A stretch of 64,000 nucleotides of DNA from Tannerellaceae bacterium. GTDB taxonomy: Bacteria > Bacteroidota > Bacteroidia > Bacteroidales > Tannerellaceae. Position 1 is the stretch's first letter; each line of letters begins with the position of its first letter. The stretch covers positions 4,887-68,886 of the forward strand of contig JAITKB010000067.1 of the NCBI GenBank assembly GCA_031278605.1, read 5' to 3'. Below, piece after piece: positions 8,876 to 19,877 of this stretch. Both the position numbers and the translations under genes were made by a program. The notes under the pieces were generated by a model. The model was not told the DNA's origin and did no database searches. It was given only the letters and a program-made list of their open reading frames with translations.

Positions 8876-11800
8876 TTATTTTTCCACCCAAAGGCTGCTT
8901 CCTTGCGTATGCGATATGAATTCGGGAGCGTACAGGCATTGCAGGGTGGCGATGCCTCCCCCATAGCGTCCGCTTCGCGCAACATAGGTTGCATACTCCA
9001 ATACGTAACGGCCTTGCGGAAGATGTTCGAAGTAGAAATTCTCCGACTCATCCCCAGGGGAATGATAGCAGATAAGCCGGTCGGCCAACCGCAAGCCGGA
9101 GGATTGAACGCCCGCTTCCAGGCAGGCCGCGCGAAAATCCTGCAGAAGGACATAATCCATGTCGCGATCGGCGCCAAGGGTTAGCCTTACGATCAGTTTA
9201 TCGCCCCTCGCAAGGGGCGTTGCGGCGTCAATGGGTGTGATTTGCCGTTGCGGGCCGTTGCGGGTTTCCCGGAAGAGTTTTTTCTCTACGCTCAAGGCCC
9301 CGCGCTGAGCGTTTATTTTTTCAACGGATTCAAAATATTGATAGAACACCGCCCCCCAGGCCGGCGAGTTTCCTTTTTTGTGCAAAACTAAGCTGTGGTG
9401 GGAAGGCCTCAGGCTGTCGCCCTCCACGCTTTCCAGCATATAGCCTGCGCCCGTTTCCCCGACGGTGGGAGAGAAGGTCTTATCACCCCAGCGGATGGAG
9501 GTTTCGTTCGTTTCCATTGGGCTGTCGCTTTCGCTGCCCAGCAAGCTGTACAGGGCATACAGGGTGGAAGGCGTCGAGCCCCAATGCCGGGTTTGTTTCC
9601 GGTTCAGCAGCCATTGCCTCAGGCGATCCGTTTCGGAGGCGGAGGCGCCAAGGGTGCGGAATACGGTCATCAGCAGGCAATGCACGTCTATGGGCGAGCG
9701 GAAATAGTTTTGCTCCCGCCGGTTGTTCGGCCAGAACATTCCTTTTTCCGGGGAAGTTACGGCTGTTTCGCGCAACAGATCCAGGATCTCTTCGGCCAAC
9801 TTCGCCTTTCCCCTGCGGTGCATCAGCAGGGCGATTTCTCCTTTTTCATTCAAAGAAGCTTTTCTCCAGTGCTTCTCCACCTGTTCCGTATAGTAGCGGA
9901 GGGCTTCCGCGGCATGGCCGGTGGGGGGGATTTCTTCGTAGGCGCTACGTACGTAGAGGTAATGCACCTGGGGGGGACTGGGGAGGGAAAGGCCGGTCTT
10001 CGGTTGCCGGGCGTAATCCTCCCCAAACTCCCTGTCTATGTATTGAACGGCCTTGATCTGCATGTCCCGCTCCTGCGGGCTGTAGGAGGCAAGCTTCAGG
10101 TCGGCCAGCTGCGCCATGCCTTCCAGCAGATACAGGGTAATCTCCCGGCTGGGGCGAAATCCTTCCAACCATCCCCATCCTCCCGTTTCGTGCTGCCGGC
10201 GGAGCAGCTCCCGCAGGTTCGCTTCGCGCGGCCGTTCGCAGGCGATCCGGCCGGCCAGCATCCCGGCATAATAGGAGGCAAAAAGCGAAACGACGTCCTT
10301 GCCGTACGGCTCCGAGAGCGCCGGCAAGGAGTGAAGGGCATACCCTGCCGGATTGTCGGTAAACTCCAGCGTCATCCCTGCCGGAAGCAGGGTGGGCGAA
10401 GGCGGCGGAAGGTTCACCCGGACTTGCTTTTCCGTTTCTTCCCCGCTCAGGTAGAAGGGGGTGCTTTCCGTAAGGAGGATCCTGTCCGGCAATACGGGGA
10501 GAAGGTGCTGCTCGCCATCGCTGCCCAAGTCCGATTCGGCCAGGATGCGAACACCCGCCATACCGGGCTTGCCGAACAGAGCAACCGACCAGCTCACCGT
10601 TGTTGTGCCGCCGGCCGACAGGGAAAAGGGACGCGTCTCGAGCGGAAGCATCTCCTGCCCGGTTGCCGGGTTGAATATTTCCAGGCGGGCAGTGCCCCGG
10701 GTTTCTTGGTCCGAGAGGTTGATGATTTGCGCCGAAAGATGCGCCTCATCCCCCTCGGTAAGGAAGCGGGGCAGGCGGGGAAGCGTCATGAGCGGCTTTT
10801 GCGTAACAAGGCGGTGGGTGGATAGGCCGTAGTGCAAATCCGGCGTATGCGCCAGTATCTGAAGTTTCCAGGTTGTATTGCTTTCCGGCAAGGTGAAGTT
10901 TAAGACGGCATATCCCTGTTCATCCGTCTGCAAGGCCGGAAAGAAAAAGGCGGTCTCCCGGAAATCCGTGCGCAGGGAAAGAGCGTCGAAAGCAGGCGAA
11001 AGGGATTCGGCCAAGGCCGGCTGAGCCGTGGCGTATAAAACGTTGCGCGGCAAAGGCAAAAGGGAATTCCATGCGCCCTGCCAGTCCAGGCGGTCGAAGG
11101 CAAAGTCGGGCGTTTGCCGTTGGGAGGGGGGGAGCAGATCCGAATCATAAAGCAAACGCAGGCCTTCGCCTGGCCGGAACACGCCGAGAGGAGGCAACGA
11201 ACGGGACTTCGGCGCAAAATGCCAGGCAAAAGGATAAACCGCGTCCAAGGATGCGTCGTACATCCCGGCCAGCACCTCGGCCGTCACGGGAAGATTCCGG
11301 GCGTCCGAAACGCGGAACTTCCAGCTTTCCCGACTTCCGGGAAGGAGTTTGTCGCGAAAGGTTTCCGCCCTCACAACCAAGCTCCTGTCCGGACGCCGGC
11401 GAACGATAGCGGTTTGTTGCGTATGCAATTTGCCCTCCTTTACAAAGGTGAAAGAGAGCGTAAGCTCCCCGGTATTGTTTTCGGGAAACAGGATGCGGAA
11501 ACCGAGGTTCTCGTTGCTCAACCTCACATGCCGGCGCTGCAACAGGGTCTTTCCGTCTGCAAACACTTCATACAGCAGGTAAACCTTCCTGTGCGAGGAG
11601 CCGAAGCGGACAACCACCTCTTCGCCCGGCGCACATTCCTCCCGGTGGGGTAAAAGCCAGACGTCCGAAAACACCGGCGGACGTTTGTCGTCCGAACCAT
11701 ACAGGATAAAATCTGAGTCCCGGCTCACCTGTCGGCCCTTGTCGTCGGTGGCCGACACCCTCAGACGCACCCGTGCGGAAGTCAGTCCGAAGAAAAGAGC

Positions 11801-14113
11801 GGGCGGAAGCGGGCGGGCGGAAGTAAATTCGCCTTCCCGCAGTTTCCTCCCTTGCGAAAAGAAACCCTCCGTGGGGGTATCCTCCAAGGCAAAAAGGGCA
11901 TACGAGCCGTGAACAACCGGGCTGTCCCCGTTCGGGGTATAGGCCGTGATGCGGACCTTGGCGGTGTCTTTGTTCACCCGTTCGGGCAGATCAATATGGA
12001 GAAGGAAGCTTCGGTCGCCCACGGAGAAGGAGCTGCCGGCTTGCTGTGTCTCGCCCTTGCTGTCGGTGATTCGGGTGATGATTTCGTAGGATTGAAAAGA
12101 AAGCATCGCCTGTTTCCCGCTTTTCTCCGGACGGAAAACAAAGGCGAAATTCCCGTTGCCGTCGATGGTGGTTTCTCCTTCGGCCACCTGTTCCTCCCGG
12201 AGGCTCCCCAGGGATGTGCGGAAGAAGAAGGGCCGACGCAGGATGCGGTAAACCACCCGGCCTTCCACAAGCGCGGCGCCGGAGAAGGTCTGCGCCTTTC
12301 CCCGGATGCTCACTTCGTCGCCGAAGCTTATCCCCTCCCTTACGGGCAGAAGCTCTACCCGGAAGGTTGGGCGTTTGTATTCCTCCACGCGCAGGTCCAC
12401 GGAGCGGTTGGCAGCCGAGAGCGAAAAGACTCCGGTAAGCGTTGGGGAAGGCAAAACAAATTCGCCGCTGAACGAACCGAACGAATTGGTGGTAAACCAC
12501 CGGGTGGCGACCACCTCGTTGCCGACATCCCGCAAGAGTACCTCGATGCGTTGGTTCGGCCTTACCCTGGCATGTTCCTTATCCTCCATATAGGCAATCC
12601 CCTTGAAAAATACGGTTTGCCCCGGGCGATAGACGCCCCGGTCGGTAAACAAATGCACCCGGACTTCCGGATGCGCCGAAAGGGAGGTATTCCCGGCATG
12701 GAAGGCATGGAGGCTTGCCGGCATGGCGTCTTCCGCAAAACGCACGATGCACGAAACGATCTTTTCGTCGGCAGGAATCGAAGCCAAGCCGTGAACATCC
12801 GTTTTTACGACTCCCCGCTCTGCCGTTCCTTGCTTCGGGACGGGCTGATCGTAACAATGTACGCTTGCTCCGCTTAGGGGTTTGCCGCTCAGGTAATCCG
12901 TCACAACTACGTCGAAAGACTGCGAAGAAGACGCCGAACGCACCACAACGGCCAGACGCGAAACGCCGAAGTTGTTACCGACACACAACGAGTCGGCAAC
13001 CACCTCGTAGGCATACGCTCCCACCTTCCCCGCAGGGATGGAGAGGAGGGTATCGTGGGCGGTATAGGAATTTCGCAACGGAAGAACGAGGGGGATTTCC
13101 TTCACCTTTAGCTTCTGTGTTTGGATAAGGTCCCCGCGGTACACCTTCACCGTCGCCTTCCGGATATTCGTATAATACAGGCGGATCTCCAGATTTTTCC
13201 CCGGATACACCGTATAGTTGCTCATGGCCCGGAGTTCTTTTTCTTCCAGGGAAGCCAAGTGGTTTTTCACAAGCCCTATCCGTTCGTAGTGCGGATAACG
13301 CGCCGTCATCTCCCGGCATAATTCGTATTCGAGGGTGCGGATAGAATCCGGAGATTCCGCCGAGAACCTTTTCCTTTGCAGCAGTTGCAGTTTGGCGCAG
13401 GCCGCTTCTACGGAATAATCCTTGCCGGCATGTAGCTTTAGCAAGCTGTCAATCGAAGCCTCGCAGGTCTGCCGGTCCGCTTCCGAGCGGTTGCCGAGGT
13501 ATTGAAGGTAATCCAACTCCACCACCAGGGCGGCTCGCGGATTGGGTTGTGTACGACGGAATGTCAGCAACTCGCGGTAGATCTCCTCCGAGGGTTGAAT
13601 CTCCAGCGCCCGGTGCGCCAGGAAATCGTAGAGCGTGGGGCGAAGGGCGGGCGAATCTTTCCCCCTTTCCATCACATCATCATCCAGGATGGAGGCCGGG
13701 GTTTGGCGGAGCAGATCTTCCGGTTTCAGGGAAGCGGCAAGTTGTTCCCGTATTTTTTGGGTGAAGAGATTTTGCGTCCATTCGCGCATGTCCTCGGGAA
13801 TAAATCCTTCCAGGGGCGTCCGGCGCAGGATGCTCCCTCGGTTTTGCCGGAAAAAAGCCTGATACATCTCGGCCGTCATGGAGTGCAGCAGGGCGGCCGA
13901 GGGTGCGTCGGTGGCCGTATCGGCCAGGATTTCCGCTTCGCGGATAAGCGCCGGGAGGCTGTCGCGATCCACGGCCAGCGCCTTTTCCATCCTGCGGATG
14001 AAGGTTTTTGCCACGGAATATTCCCCAAGGCTCTCCCCGGCCTCGGCCCTGTGGCAAAGGACGGCCAAGAGAGCTGCCAGGCAGAGGGTAAGGATCCGGT
14101 CTTTTCTTTTCAT
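8876..14113 (-). CDS. Alpha-2-macroglobulin family protein (Bacteroidetes type)
   Basis: 1745 aa with signal peptide, LFTDRGVYRPGQTVFFKG (MG2), RVEEYKRPTF, LRTDFRETAFFFP, FTLPESNTTWK, C-terminal CLYAPEF. Confidence 0.93.
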   Translation of the reverse strand: MKRKDRILTLCLAALLAVLCHRAEAGESLGEYSVAKTFIRRMEKALAVDRDSLPALIREAEILADTATDAPSAALLHSMTAEMYQAFFRQNRGSILRRTPLEGFIPEDMREWTQNLFTQKIREQLAASLKPEDLLRQTPASILDDDVMERGKDSPALRPTLYDFLAHRALEIQPSEEIYRELLTFRRTQPNPRAALVVELDYLQYLGNRSEADRQTCEASIDSLLKLHAGKDYSVEAACAKLQLLQRKRFSAESPDSIRTLEYELCREMTARYPHYERIGLVKNHLASLEEKELRAMSNYTVYPGKNLEIRLYYTNIRKATVKVYRGDLIQTQKLKVKEIPLVLPLRNSYTAHDTLLSIPAGKVGAYAYEVVADSLCVGNNFGVSRLAVVVRSASSSQSFDVVVTDYLSGKPLSGASVHCYDQPVPKQGTAERGVVKTDVHGLASIPADEKIVSCIVRFAEDAMPASLHAFHAGNTSLSAHPEVRVHLFTDRGVYRPGQTVFFKGIAYMEDKEHARVRPNQRIEVLLRDVGNEVVATRWFTTNSFGSFSGEFVLPSPTLTGVFSLSAANRSVDLRVEEYKRPTFRVELLPVREGISFGDEVSIRGKAQTFSGAALVEGRVVYRILRRPFFFRTSLGSLREEQVAEGETTIDGNGNFAFVFRPEKSGKQAMLSFQSYEIITRITDSKGETQQAGSSFSVGDRSFLLHIDLPERVNKDTAKVRITAYTPNGDSPVVHGSYALFALEDTPTEGFFSQGRKLREGEFTSARPLPPALFFGLTSARVRLRVSATDDKGRQVSRDSDFILYGSDDKRPPVFSDVWLLPHREECAPGEEVVVRFGSSHRKVYLLYEVFADGKTLLQRRHVRLSNENLGFRILFPENNTGELTLSFTFVKEGKLHTQQTAIVRRRPDRSLVVRAETFRDKLLPGSRESWKFRVSDARNLPVTAEVLAGMYDASLDAVYPFAWHFAPKSRSLPPLGVFRPGEGLRLLYDSDLLPPSQRQTPDFAFDRLDWQGAWNSLLPLPRNVLYATAQPALAESLSPAFDALSLRTDFRETAFFFPALQTDEQGYAVLNFTLPESNTTWKLQILAHTPDLHYGLSTHRLVTQKPLMTLPRLPRFLTEGDEAHLSAQIINLSDQETRGTARLEIFNPATGQEMLPLETRPFSLSAGGTTTVSWSVALFGKPGMAGVRILAESDLGSDGEQHLLPVLPDRILLTESTPFYLSGEETEKQVRVNLPPPSPTLLPAGMTLEFTDNPAGYALHSLPALSEPYGKDVVSLFASYYAGMLAGRIACERPREANLRELLRRQHETGGWGWLEGFRPSREITLYLLEGMAQLADLKLASYSPQERDMQIKAVQYIDREFGEDYARQPKTGLSLPSPPQVHYLYVRSAYEEIPPTGHAAEALRYYTEQVEKHWRKASLNEKGEIALLMHRRGKAKLAEEILDLLRETAVTSPEKGMFWPNNRREQNYFRSPIDVHCLLMTVFRTLGASASETDRLRQWLLNRKQTRHWGSTPSTLYALYSLLGSESDSPMETNETSIRWGDKTFSPTVGETGAGYMLESVEGDSLRPSHHSLVLHKKGNSPAWGAVFYQYFESVEKINAQRGALSVEKKLFRETRNGPQRQITPIDAATPLARGDKLIVRLTLGADRDMDYVLLQDFRAACLEAGVQSSGLRLADRLICYHSPGDESENFYFEHLPQGRYVLEYATYVARSGRYGGGIATLQCLYAPEFISHTQGSSLWVEK

Positions 14114-14610
14114 TCCCTTTTCCTCAGGTAGGTATGGAAGGTATAGGAATAGGCATGTTTTTCATCGGCGGGATGCGCGTCGCGTTCAATTTCTTCCCAC
14201 TGATCGAAATTGATTTCCGGGAAAAAAATATCGGCGTCCTCAAACACGTGGTGAACGCGTGTGAGGTAAAGCTTATCGGCTATATCCAAAGCGCTTTTGT
14301 AGACCATTGCGCCTCCAATCATGAAGATTTCGTCTTCTTTTTCGCACAATTCCAATGCGTCCTGCATGGAATTGCACACAAAAACGTCCACAAAACTTTC
14401 GGGTGGCAGCGTGGTAAGCACTACGTTCTTGCGTTTGGGTAAAGCGCCTTTGGGGAGGGATTCAAACGTACGTCGTCCCATCACCACGGCATGTCCCGTG
14501 GTGGCTCCCTTGAAACGCTGCATGTCGTAGGGCAGGTTCCACAATAATTGTTGCTTTTTCCCGATTGCATTTTTTTCGTCGACGGCCGTGATAATCGAAA
14601 TAATACTCAT
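14110..14610 (-). CDS. folA: Dihydrofolate reductase
   Basis: AIGK..QLLWNLPYDMQRFK, VVMGRRTFESLP, LPKRKNVVL, IGGA. Start moved to the ATG at 14610 (MSIISII). Confidence 0.96.
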   Translation of the reverse strand: MSIISIITAVDEKNAIGKKQQLLWNLPYDMQRFKGATTGHAVVMGRRTFESLPKGALPKRKNVVLTTLPPESFVDVFVCNSMQDALELCEKEDEIFMIGGAMVYKSALDIADKLYLTRVHHVFEDADIFFPEINFDQWEEIERDAHPADEKHAYSYTFHTYLRKRE

Positions 14611-14657
14611 ATTCTTATCATTTAAAGGGTGAATAAAAACAAAACAAAAAAACAAAG

Positions 14658-15452
14658 TTATACCGCCACATCTCCCTTTATGTGTGGATGGGGGTCGTAT
14701 CCAAGCAGGTGGAAGTCTTCGTATGTGAAGTCGAAGATGCTTTTCACGTCCGGGTTTATTTCCATAACCGGCAGGGTTCTTGGTTCACGGGTTCGTTGCA
14801 GGTTCACCTGGGGGAGGTGGTTGCTGTAAATGTGCGCGTCGCCCAGGGTATGCACCAGTTCGCCGGGTTTCAGGCCGGTTACCTGCGCCGTCATTTGCAG
14901 CAGCAGGGCGTAGGATGCGATGTTGAAGGGTACTCCCAGGAAGACGTCGGCGCTACGCTGGTAGATTTGCATACTTAGCTTTCCTTGGGCTACGTAGAAT
15001 TGGAAGAAGATGTGACAGGGGGGGAGGCTCATATTCTCCAGATCGCCTACATTCCATGCGCTCACGATCATGCGCCGGGAGTCGGGTGTGTGTCGGATTT
15101 GCTCCGTTACGCGGCGGATTTGGTCGATCGAGCCTCCCTTGTAATCGGGCCAGGATCGCCATTGATAGCCGTAGATATGTCCCAGATTCCCGTCGCTGTC
15201 GGCCCATTCGTTCCATATCCGCACGCCGTGTTCCCGGAGGTAGGATACGTTGGTATTGCCTTGGAGGAACCACAGGAGTTCGTGGATAATGGATTTGAGA
15301 TGCAATTTTTTGGTTGTCAGCAAAGGGAATCCTTCCTCCAGGTTGAATCTCATTTGATGACCGAAGATACTTCGCGTGCCGGTCCCGGTTCTGTCGTCTT
15401 TTGTCACGCCTTCCGAGAGGGTGCGTTCGATTAATTGTAAATACTGTTTCAT
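14658..15452 (-). CDS. thyA: Thymidylate synthase
   Basis: [26 protein letters not shown] active site, [17 protein letters not shown]. Confidence 0.98.
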   Translation of the reverse strand: MKQYLQLIERTLSEGVTKDDRTGTGTRSIFGHQMRFNLEEGFPLLTTKKLHLKSIIHELLWFLQGNTNVSYLREHGVRIWNEWADSDGNLGHIYGYQWRSWPDYKGGSIDQIRRVTEQIRHTPDSRRMIVSAWNVGDLENMSLPPCHIFFQFYVAQGKLSMQIYQRSADVFLGVPFNIASYALLLQMTAQVTGLKPGELVHTLGDAHIYSNHLPQVNLQRTREPRTLPVMEINPDVKSIFDFTYEDFHLLGYDPHPHIKGDVAV

Positions 15453-15474
15453 TCTTTATTGGTTTGACGAGAGA

Positions 15475-15574
15475 CAAACATAGGTAAAAATTCGCTCCGT
15501 TCCTAACCGTTCCGGCGCCCCTTCCCTCTCCGGCGACCCTGCGGGGAGGAGGTGGGAATAAAATCCTATATTTG
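15475..15574. promoter_or_regulatory. Divergent promoters for thyA (TATGTTTG, minus, 15475-15482) and fkp (TATATTTG, plus, 15567-15574)
   Basis: Two TAnnTTTG motifs in opposite orientation, 20-45 nt upstream of each start codon. Confidence 0.65.
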
Positions 15575-15619
15575 TGCACCCTTATATGGTATGTATCGAA
15601 ATATTAAAAAAAAGAACGA

Positions 15620-18454
15620 ATGAAAAAACTGTTATCCCTCCCTCCCAGTCCGGTTGCTTGTTTTCACGAGATAGAACATGTGTCGCGCCAGAGGTGGTTT
15701 TGCACGTCCGATCCTCCGGGGATGCCTTTGGGATCGGGGGGTGGAAGCGCCTGGTTGCTGAACGAGTGCAGGAGAGAGGAGGCCCCCAGGGAGGATATTG
15801 GGGTTTGGCTGGCGAAGGAAAAGCGGATCCTTTTACATGCCGGAGGCCTGAGTCGGCGTTTGCCGGCGTATGCGCCGTCGGGCAAAATTCTTACGCCTGT
15901 TCCGGTGTTTCGATGGGCCAGGGGCCAACGCCTCGGGCAGAATTTGTTGTCGTTGCAGTTGCCTTTGTATGAAGAGATACTGGGCGGGGCGCCGGCTTCG
16001 TTTCATACGTTGATTGCCAGTGGCGATGTGTTTATCCGTTGCCGGAGGCCTTTGCCGGAGGCGCCGGAGGTGGATGTGGCCTGCTTTGGTTTGTGGACGG
16101 ATTCCCTGCTGGCTTCGCGCCATGGGGTGTTTCTCTCCGAACGGGAGAGGCCGGAGGCGCTCGACTTTATGTTGCAAAAGCCTTCCTTGGGCGAACTGGC
16201 CAAGCTTGCCCGTACGCATCTTTTCCTGATGGACGCGGGGATTTGGCTGCTGAGCGACCGGGCGGTGAGGGTGCTGATGAAGCGGGCGCATGAAGCCGAC
16301 GGGGTGACGCCCAAGGCGTATGATCTGTATGCGGAGTTCGGCACGGCCCTGGGGAATCGTCCGGGGAGGATCGACGGGGAGGTCAACGGGCTTTCCACGG
16401 CGATCCTGCCGTTGCCCGACGGGGAGTTTTACCATTACGGCAGCGGGCGGGAGCTTATTTCTTCCACCCTGGCGGTGCAGAATCTGGTGCACGACCAACG
16501 CTCCATCATGCAGCGTGCCGTAAAACCGCATCCCGCCATGTTTGTGCAGAATGCCCGGGTAGACGTCCCCCTGACGGCCGGGAACTCGGAGGTATGGATA
16601 GAAAACAGTTGCATCGGCTCCGGCTGGAAGCTTTCCGACCGGCACATCCTGACGGGGATTCCTCCCAACGCCTGGGAGGTGGAGGTTCCCGGGGGGATTT
16701 GTATTGACGTTGTTCCTGTGGGTGCAAAGGAGTGGGCGCTCCGGCCTTATGGGTTTAGCGATGTGTTTCGGGGCGCGACCCGGGCCGGGGATACGTTTTT
16801 TATGGAGAAGCCCCTGGGGCAATGGGCCGGGGAGCGGGGGGTGGAGATTCCCGAGACGCCGGATATACAGGATGCGTTGTTATTCCCGGTATGCGCCACA
16901 ATGGAGGCGATGGGTTTGCTCCTGCGGTGGATGATTGCCGAGCCGGGATTGGAGGAGGGGAAGGAGCTGTGGAGACAGGCCCGCAAGATGTCGGCCAATG
17001 CCTTGCTGGCTCAAACGAACTTACGCCGGTTGACGGCGCAGCGGAATGTTTTCCGGGCGGAGAGTTGGCCTTTGTTGGCTGCCAATCATGAGAAAAGCAT
17101 TTTCTACCAGCTCGACCTGGAGGATGCGGCCGGGGAGTTTGCCGCCTGGCGGATTCCTTCGCCTTCGGCCCCGGCGCCGGGGGGGGAGGGGAAGCAGATG
17201 CAGCACGCCATGTTTTGTGCGCGAAGGCTGCAAATCGACGGCGAGGAGTTTGCGGAGGAGGAGCAACGGGCTTTTACCCTTTTGAAGGAGGAGATCACGG
17301 GGCGGATGGCACATCAAAGGGTGCATCCCCGGCTGCATGTGCACCACGATCAGATTGTCTGGGCGCGCAGTCCGGTGCGCATCGACCTGGCCGGGGGATG
17401 GACCGATACGCCGCCTTATTGCCTTTATGCCGGGGGGCGGGTGGCGAATCTGGCGATCGAACTGAACGGACAACCGCCCTTGCAGGTGTATATCAAGCCT
17501 TCGCAAGGGTATGCCGTGACCCTTCGTTCCATTGATTTGGGGGCGATGGAGGTGATTTCCACGCGGGAGGAGTTACGGGATTACGCCGGTGGCGGCGGGG
17601 CGTTTTCGATTCCCAAGGCGGCCTTGGCCCTGGCGGGTTTTCTGCCGGAGTATTCGCTGGAGCGTTACGATTCGCTGAAGGAGCAATTGAGGGCGTTTGG
17701 TTCAGGCATGGAGATCACCTTGCTTTCGGCCATTCCGGCCGGGAGCGGCCTGGGGGTGAGTTCCATCCTGGGGGCGACGATTCTGGGGGCTTTGTCGGAC
17801 TTCTGCGGCCTGGGATGGGACGCGACCGAGACGGGCAACCGAGCCTTGGTCCTGGAGCAGTTGCTTTCGGCCGGGGGAGGATGGCAGGACGCTTTCGGGG
17901 GCATTTTGCACGGGGTGAAACTTTTGCAGACCGACCGGGGTTGCCTTCAAAGTCCCTTTGTGCGCTGGTTGCCGGATCATTTGTTTACCGATGCGCATTA
18001 CCGTCCCTGCCATTTGCTTTACTATACGGGCATTACCCGGAGGGCGAAGGTGATTCTGGGGGAGATCGTGCGTTCCATGTTTTTGAACCACGGGAAAACC
18101 CTGCAATTGCTGGCCGAAATGAAGGCGCACGCCCAGGATATGTACGAGGCCATCCAATGCGGGGATTTCACGGCCTACGGTCTGGGCGTGGGCAAGACCT
18201 GGGGCCAAAACCAGGCGCTCGATGCGGGCACGAATCCTCCGGCCGTTGAGGCCATGATTGCTTTGATTCGGGATTACGCCCTGGGGTATAAGCTGCCCGG
18301 GGCCGGCGGGGGCGGATACCTTTACCTGGTGGCCAAGGATCCGGAGGCGGCCGAGCGCATCCGCCGGAAACTTTCCGAAGCGGCGCCGCGGGCGAACGCC
18401 CGATTCGTAGAGATGCAGCTATGCAAAAAGGGCCTGCAGGTCAGTCGTTCCTGA
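15620..18454 (+). CDS. fkp: Bifunctional fucokinase / L-fucose-1-phosphate guanylyltransferase
   Basis: MKKLLSLP start, LGSGGG, HAGG.SRRLPAYAPSGK, RIDLAGGWTDTPP, GHMP motif PAGSGLG.SS, GYKLPGAGGGG. Confidence 0.96.
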   Translation: MKKLLSLPPSPVACFHEIEHVSRQRWFCTSDPPGMPLGSGGGSAWLLNECRREEAPREDIGVWLAKEKRILLHAGGLSRRLPAYAPSGKILTPVPVFRWARGQRLGQNLLSLQLPLYEEILGGAPASFHTLIASGDVFIRCRRPLPEAPEVDVACFGLWTDSLLASRHGVFLSERERPEALDFMLQKPSLGELAKLARTHLFLMDAGIWLLSDRAVRVLMKRAHEADGVTPKAYDLYAEFGTALGNRPGRIDGEVNGLSTAILPLPDGEFYHYGSGRELISSTLAVQNLVHDQRSIMQRAVKPHPAMFVQNARVDVPLTAGNSEVWIENSCIGSGWKLSDRHILTGIPPNAWEVEVPGGICIDVVPVGAKEWALRPYGFSDVFRGATRAGDTFFMEKPLGQWAGERGVEIPETPDIQDALLFPVCATMEAMGLLLRWMIAEPGLEEGKELWRQARKMSANALLAQTNLRRLTAQRNVFRAESWPLLAANHEKSIFYQLDLEDAAGEFAAWRIPSPSAPAPGGEGKQMQHAMFCARRLQIDGEEFAEEEQRAFTLLKEEITGRMAHQRVHPRLHVHHDQIVWARSPVRIDLAGGWTDTPPYCLYAGGRVANLAIELNGQPPLQVYIKPSQGYAVTLRSIDLGAMEVISTREELRDYAGGGGAFSIPKAALALAGFLPEYSLERYDSLKEQLRAFGSGMEITLLSAIPAGSGLGVSSILGATILGALSDFCGLGWDATETGNRALVLEQLLSAGGGWQDAFGGILHGVKLLQTDRGCLQSPFVRWLPDHLFTDAHYRPCHLLYYTGITRRAKVILGEIVRSMFLNHGKTLQLLAEMKAHAQDMYEAIQCGDFTAYGLGVGKTWGQNQALDAGTNPPAVEAMIALIRDYALGYKLPGAGGGGYLYLVAKDPEAAERIRRKLSEAAPRANARFVEMQLCKKGLQVSRS

Positions 18455-18497
18455 GAAGGCCTTTTGAATAAAACTTATCACCGATAATACTATATAT

Positions 18498-19877
18498 ATG
18501 ATACAAGAGAAAATTTTCCATTTTCCGCTTTACGCGCAAGCGGATCCGCAAAGCAGCCGGAGCATCCGGCAGATAGCCGAGGCGATGGCCCCGAGGGAGA
18601 AGGAGTTTCCTTTTCTGGGGATTCGGCTTCACCCCCGTAGCCCTGTTCCGGGGGAGGCTTCCCTGAAACGTTTCACGGACATTGCCGCCGACACTTCGGC
18701 CGGAATGGTTTATGCCGATTATTACGAGCAGCGGGGGGAGGAGCTGTGTCCGCATCCGCTGATTGACTGCCAAAGGGGGAGTTTGCGGGACGATTTCGAC
18801 TTTGGGGATTTCCTTCTTTTCAACACCCGCGCCTTTCGGGAAGCGGCGGCGGAGATGAGGGAAGATTACCGTTTTGCCGGCCTTTACGACCTGCGCTTGC
18901 GTCTTTGCCGGCGGCATCCCGTGGTGCATATCAACGAATGTCTTTACACCCTCGGGGCGGAGGCCGAAAAGGAGGAGGGGGAAGCCTTCCGTTACGTGGA
19001 TCCGAAGAACCGGGAGGCGCAAAGGGAGATGGAGCGGGCCTGCAGCGAGCATTTGCGGCGGATCGGGGCCTGGTTGCCGGAGCGGCGAAAGCGGGTGGAT
19101 TTGTGGGCGTATCCGTTCGGGACGGAGGCCTCGGTGATCATTCCGGTGCGCAACCGTGCGGCAACGATTGCCCAGGCCATTGCCTCAGCCACGGGGCAGG
19201 CGACCCGCTTTGAGTTCAACGTCCTGGTGGTAGACAACCATTCCACGGACGGAACCACGGACATTGTCCGGTCTTTGGCCGCAAAGGATCGGCGGATCCT
19301 CCACCTGCGGCCCGAGGCAAGGGACCTGGGCATTGGCGGCTGCTGGAATTTGGCGGTGGGTCATCCGGCGTGCGGACGGTTTGCCGTGCAGCTGGACAGC
19401 GACGACGTATACAGCCACGAGCGTTGCCTTGAGCGGATTGTGGATTGCTTCCATGCCCGTTCCTGCGCCCTGGTGATCGGCTCTTACCGGCTTTGCAATT
19501 TTGCGTTGGAGAGCATTCCCCCGGGCGTGATTGATCACCGGGAGTGGACGCCGGAGAACGGGCACAACAACGCCCTTCGCATCAACGGGCTGGGGGCGCC
19601 GCGGGCCTTTTTCACGCCTTTGCTGCGAAGTCTGGGGCTGCCCAATACGAGCTACGGGGAGGATTACGCCACGGTTCTGCGCATTTGCCGCGAATACGCC
19701 GTGGAGCGTCTGTACGAGGTGCTTTACCTCTGCCGGCGTTGGGAGGACAATTCGGACGCCCGAATCGAGGCGACGCAAACCAACGCCCACAATTTCTACA
19801 AAGACAGGCTGCGAACCTGGGAGATCGAGGCGCGTATCCGCATGAATAAACCCTCGAGCGATGCAAGTCCGCAGTGA
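18498..19877 (+). CDS. Family 2 glycosyltransferase
   Basis: GSLRDDFDFG, SVIIPVRNR, VVDNHSTDGT, QLDSDD, INGLGAPRAF, SYGEDY. Confidence 0.92.
   Translation: MIQEKIFHFPLYAQADPQSSRSIRQIAEAMAPREKEFPFLGIRLHPRSPVPGEASLKRFTDIAADTSAGMVYADYYEQRGEELCPHPLIDCQRGSLRDDFDFGDFLLFNTRAFREAAAEMREDYRFAGLYDLRLRLCRRHPVVHINECLYTLGAEAEKEEGEAFRYVDPKNREAQREMERACSEHLRRIGAWLPERRKRVDLWAYPFGTEASVIIPVRNRAATIAQAIASATGQATRFEFNVLVVDNHSTDGTTDIVRSLAAKDRRILHLRPEARDLGIGGCWNLAVGHPACGRFAVQLDSDDVYSHERCLERIVDCFHARSCALVIGSYRLCNFALESIPPGVIDHREWTPENGHNNALRINGLGAPRAFFTPLLRSLGLPNTSYGEDYATVLRICREYAVERLYEVLYLCRRWEDNSDARIEATQTNAHNFYKDRLRTWEIEARIRMNKPSSDASPQ

Noticed and set aside
8282-9177. Repetitive ORFs across array A (PNGNWAG, MEIGLEK and WKLGW repeats)
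   Set aside because: They are open in several frames at once and the unit length varies from 41 to 43 bp, so they are a by-product of a stop-poor DNA repeat.
8876-14113. Alpha-2-macroglobulin lacking a CxEQ thioester motif as a novelty
   Set aside because: Thioester-less bacterial alpha-2-macroglobulins are known, so this is not unusual.
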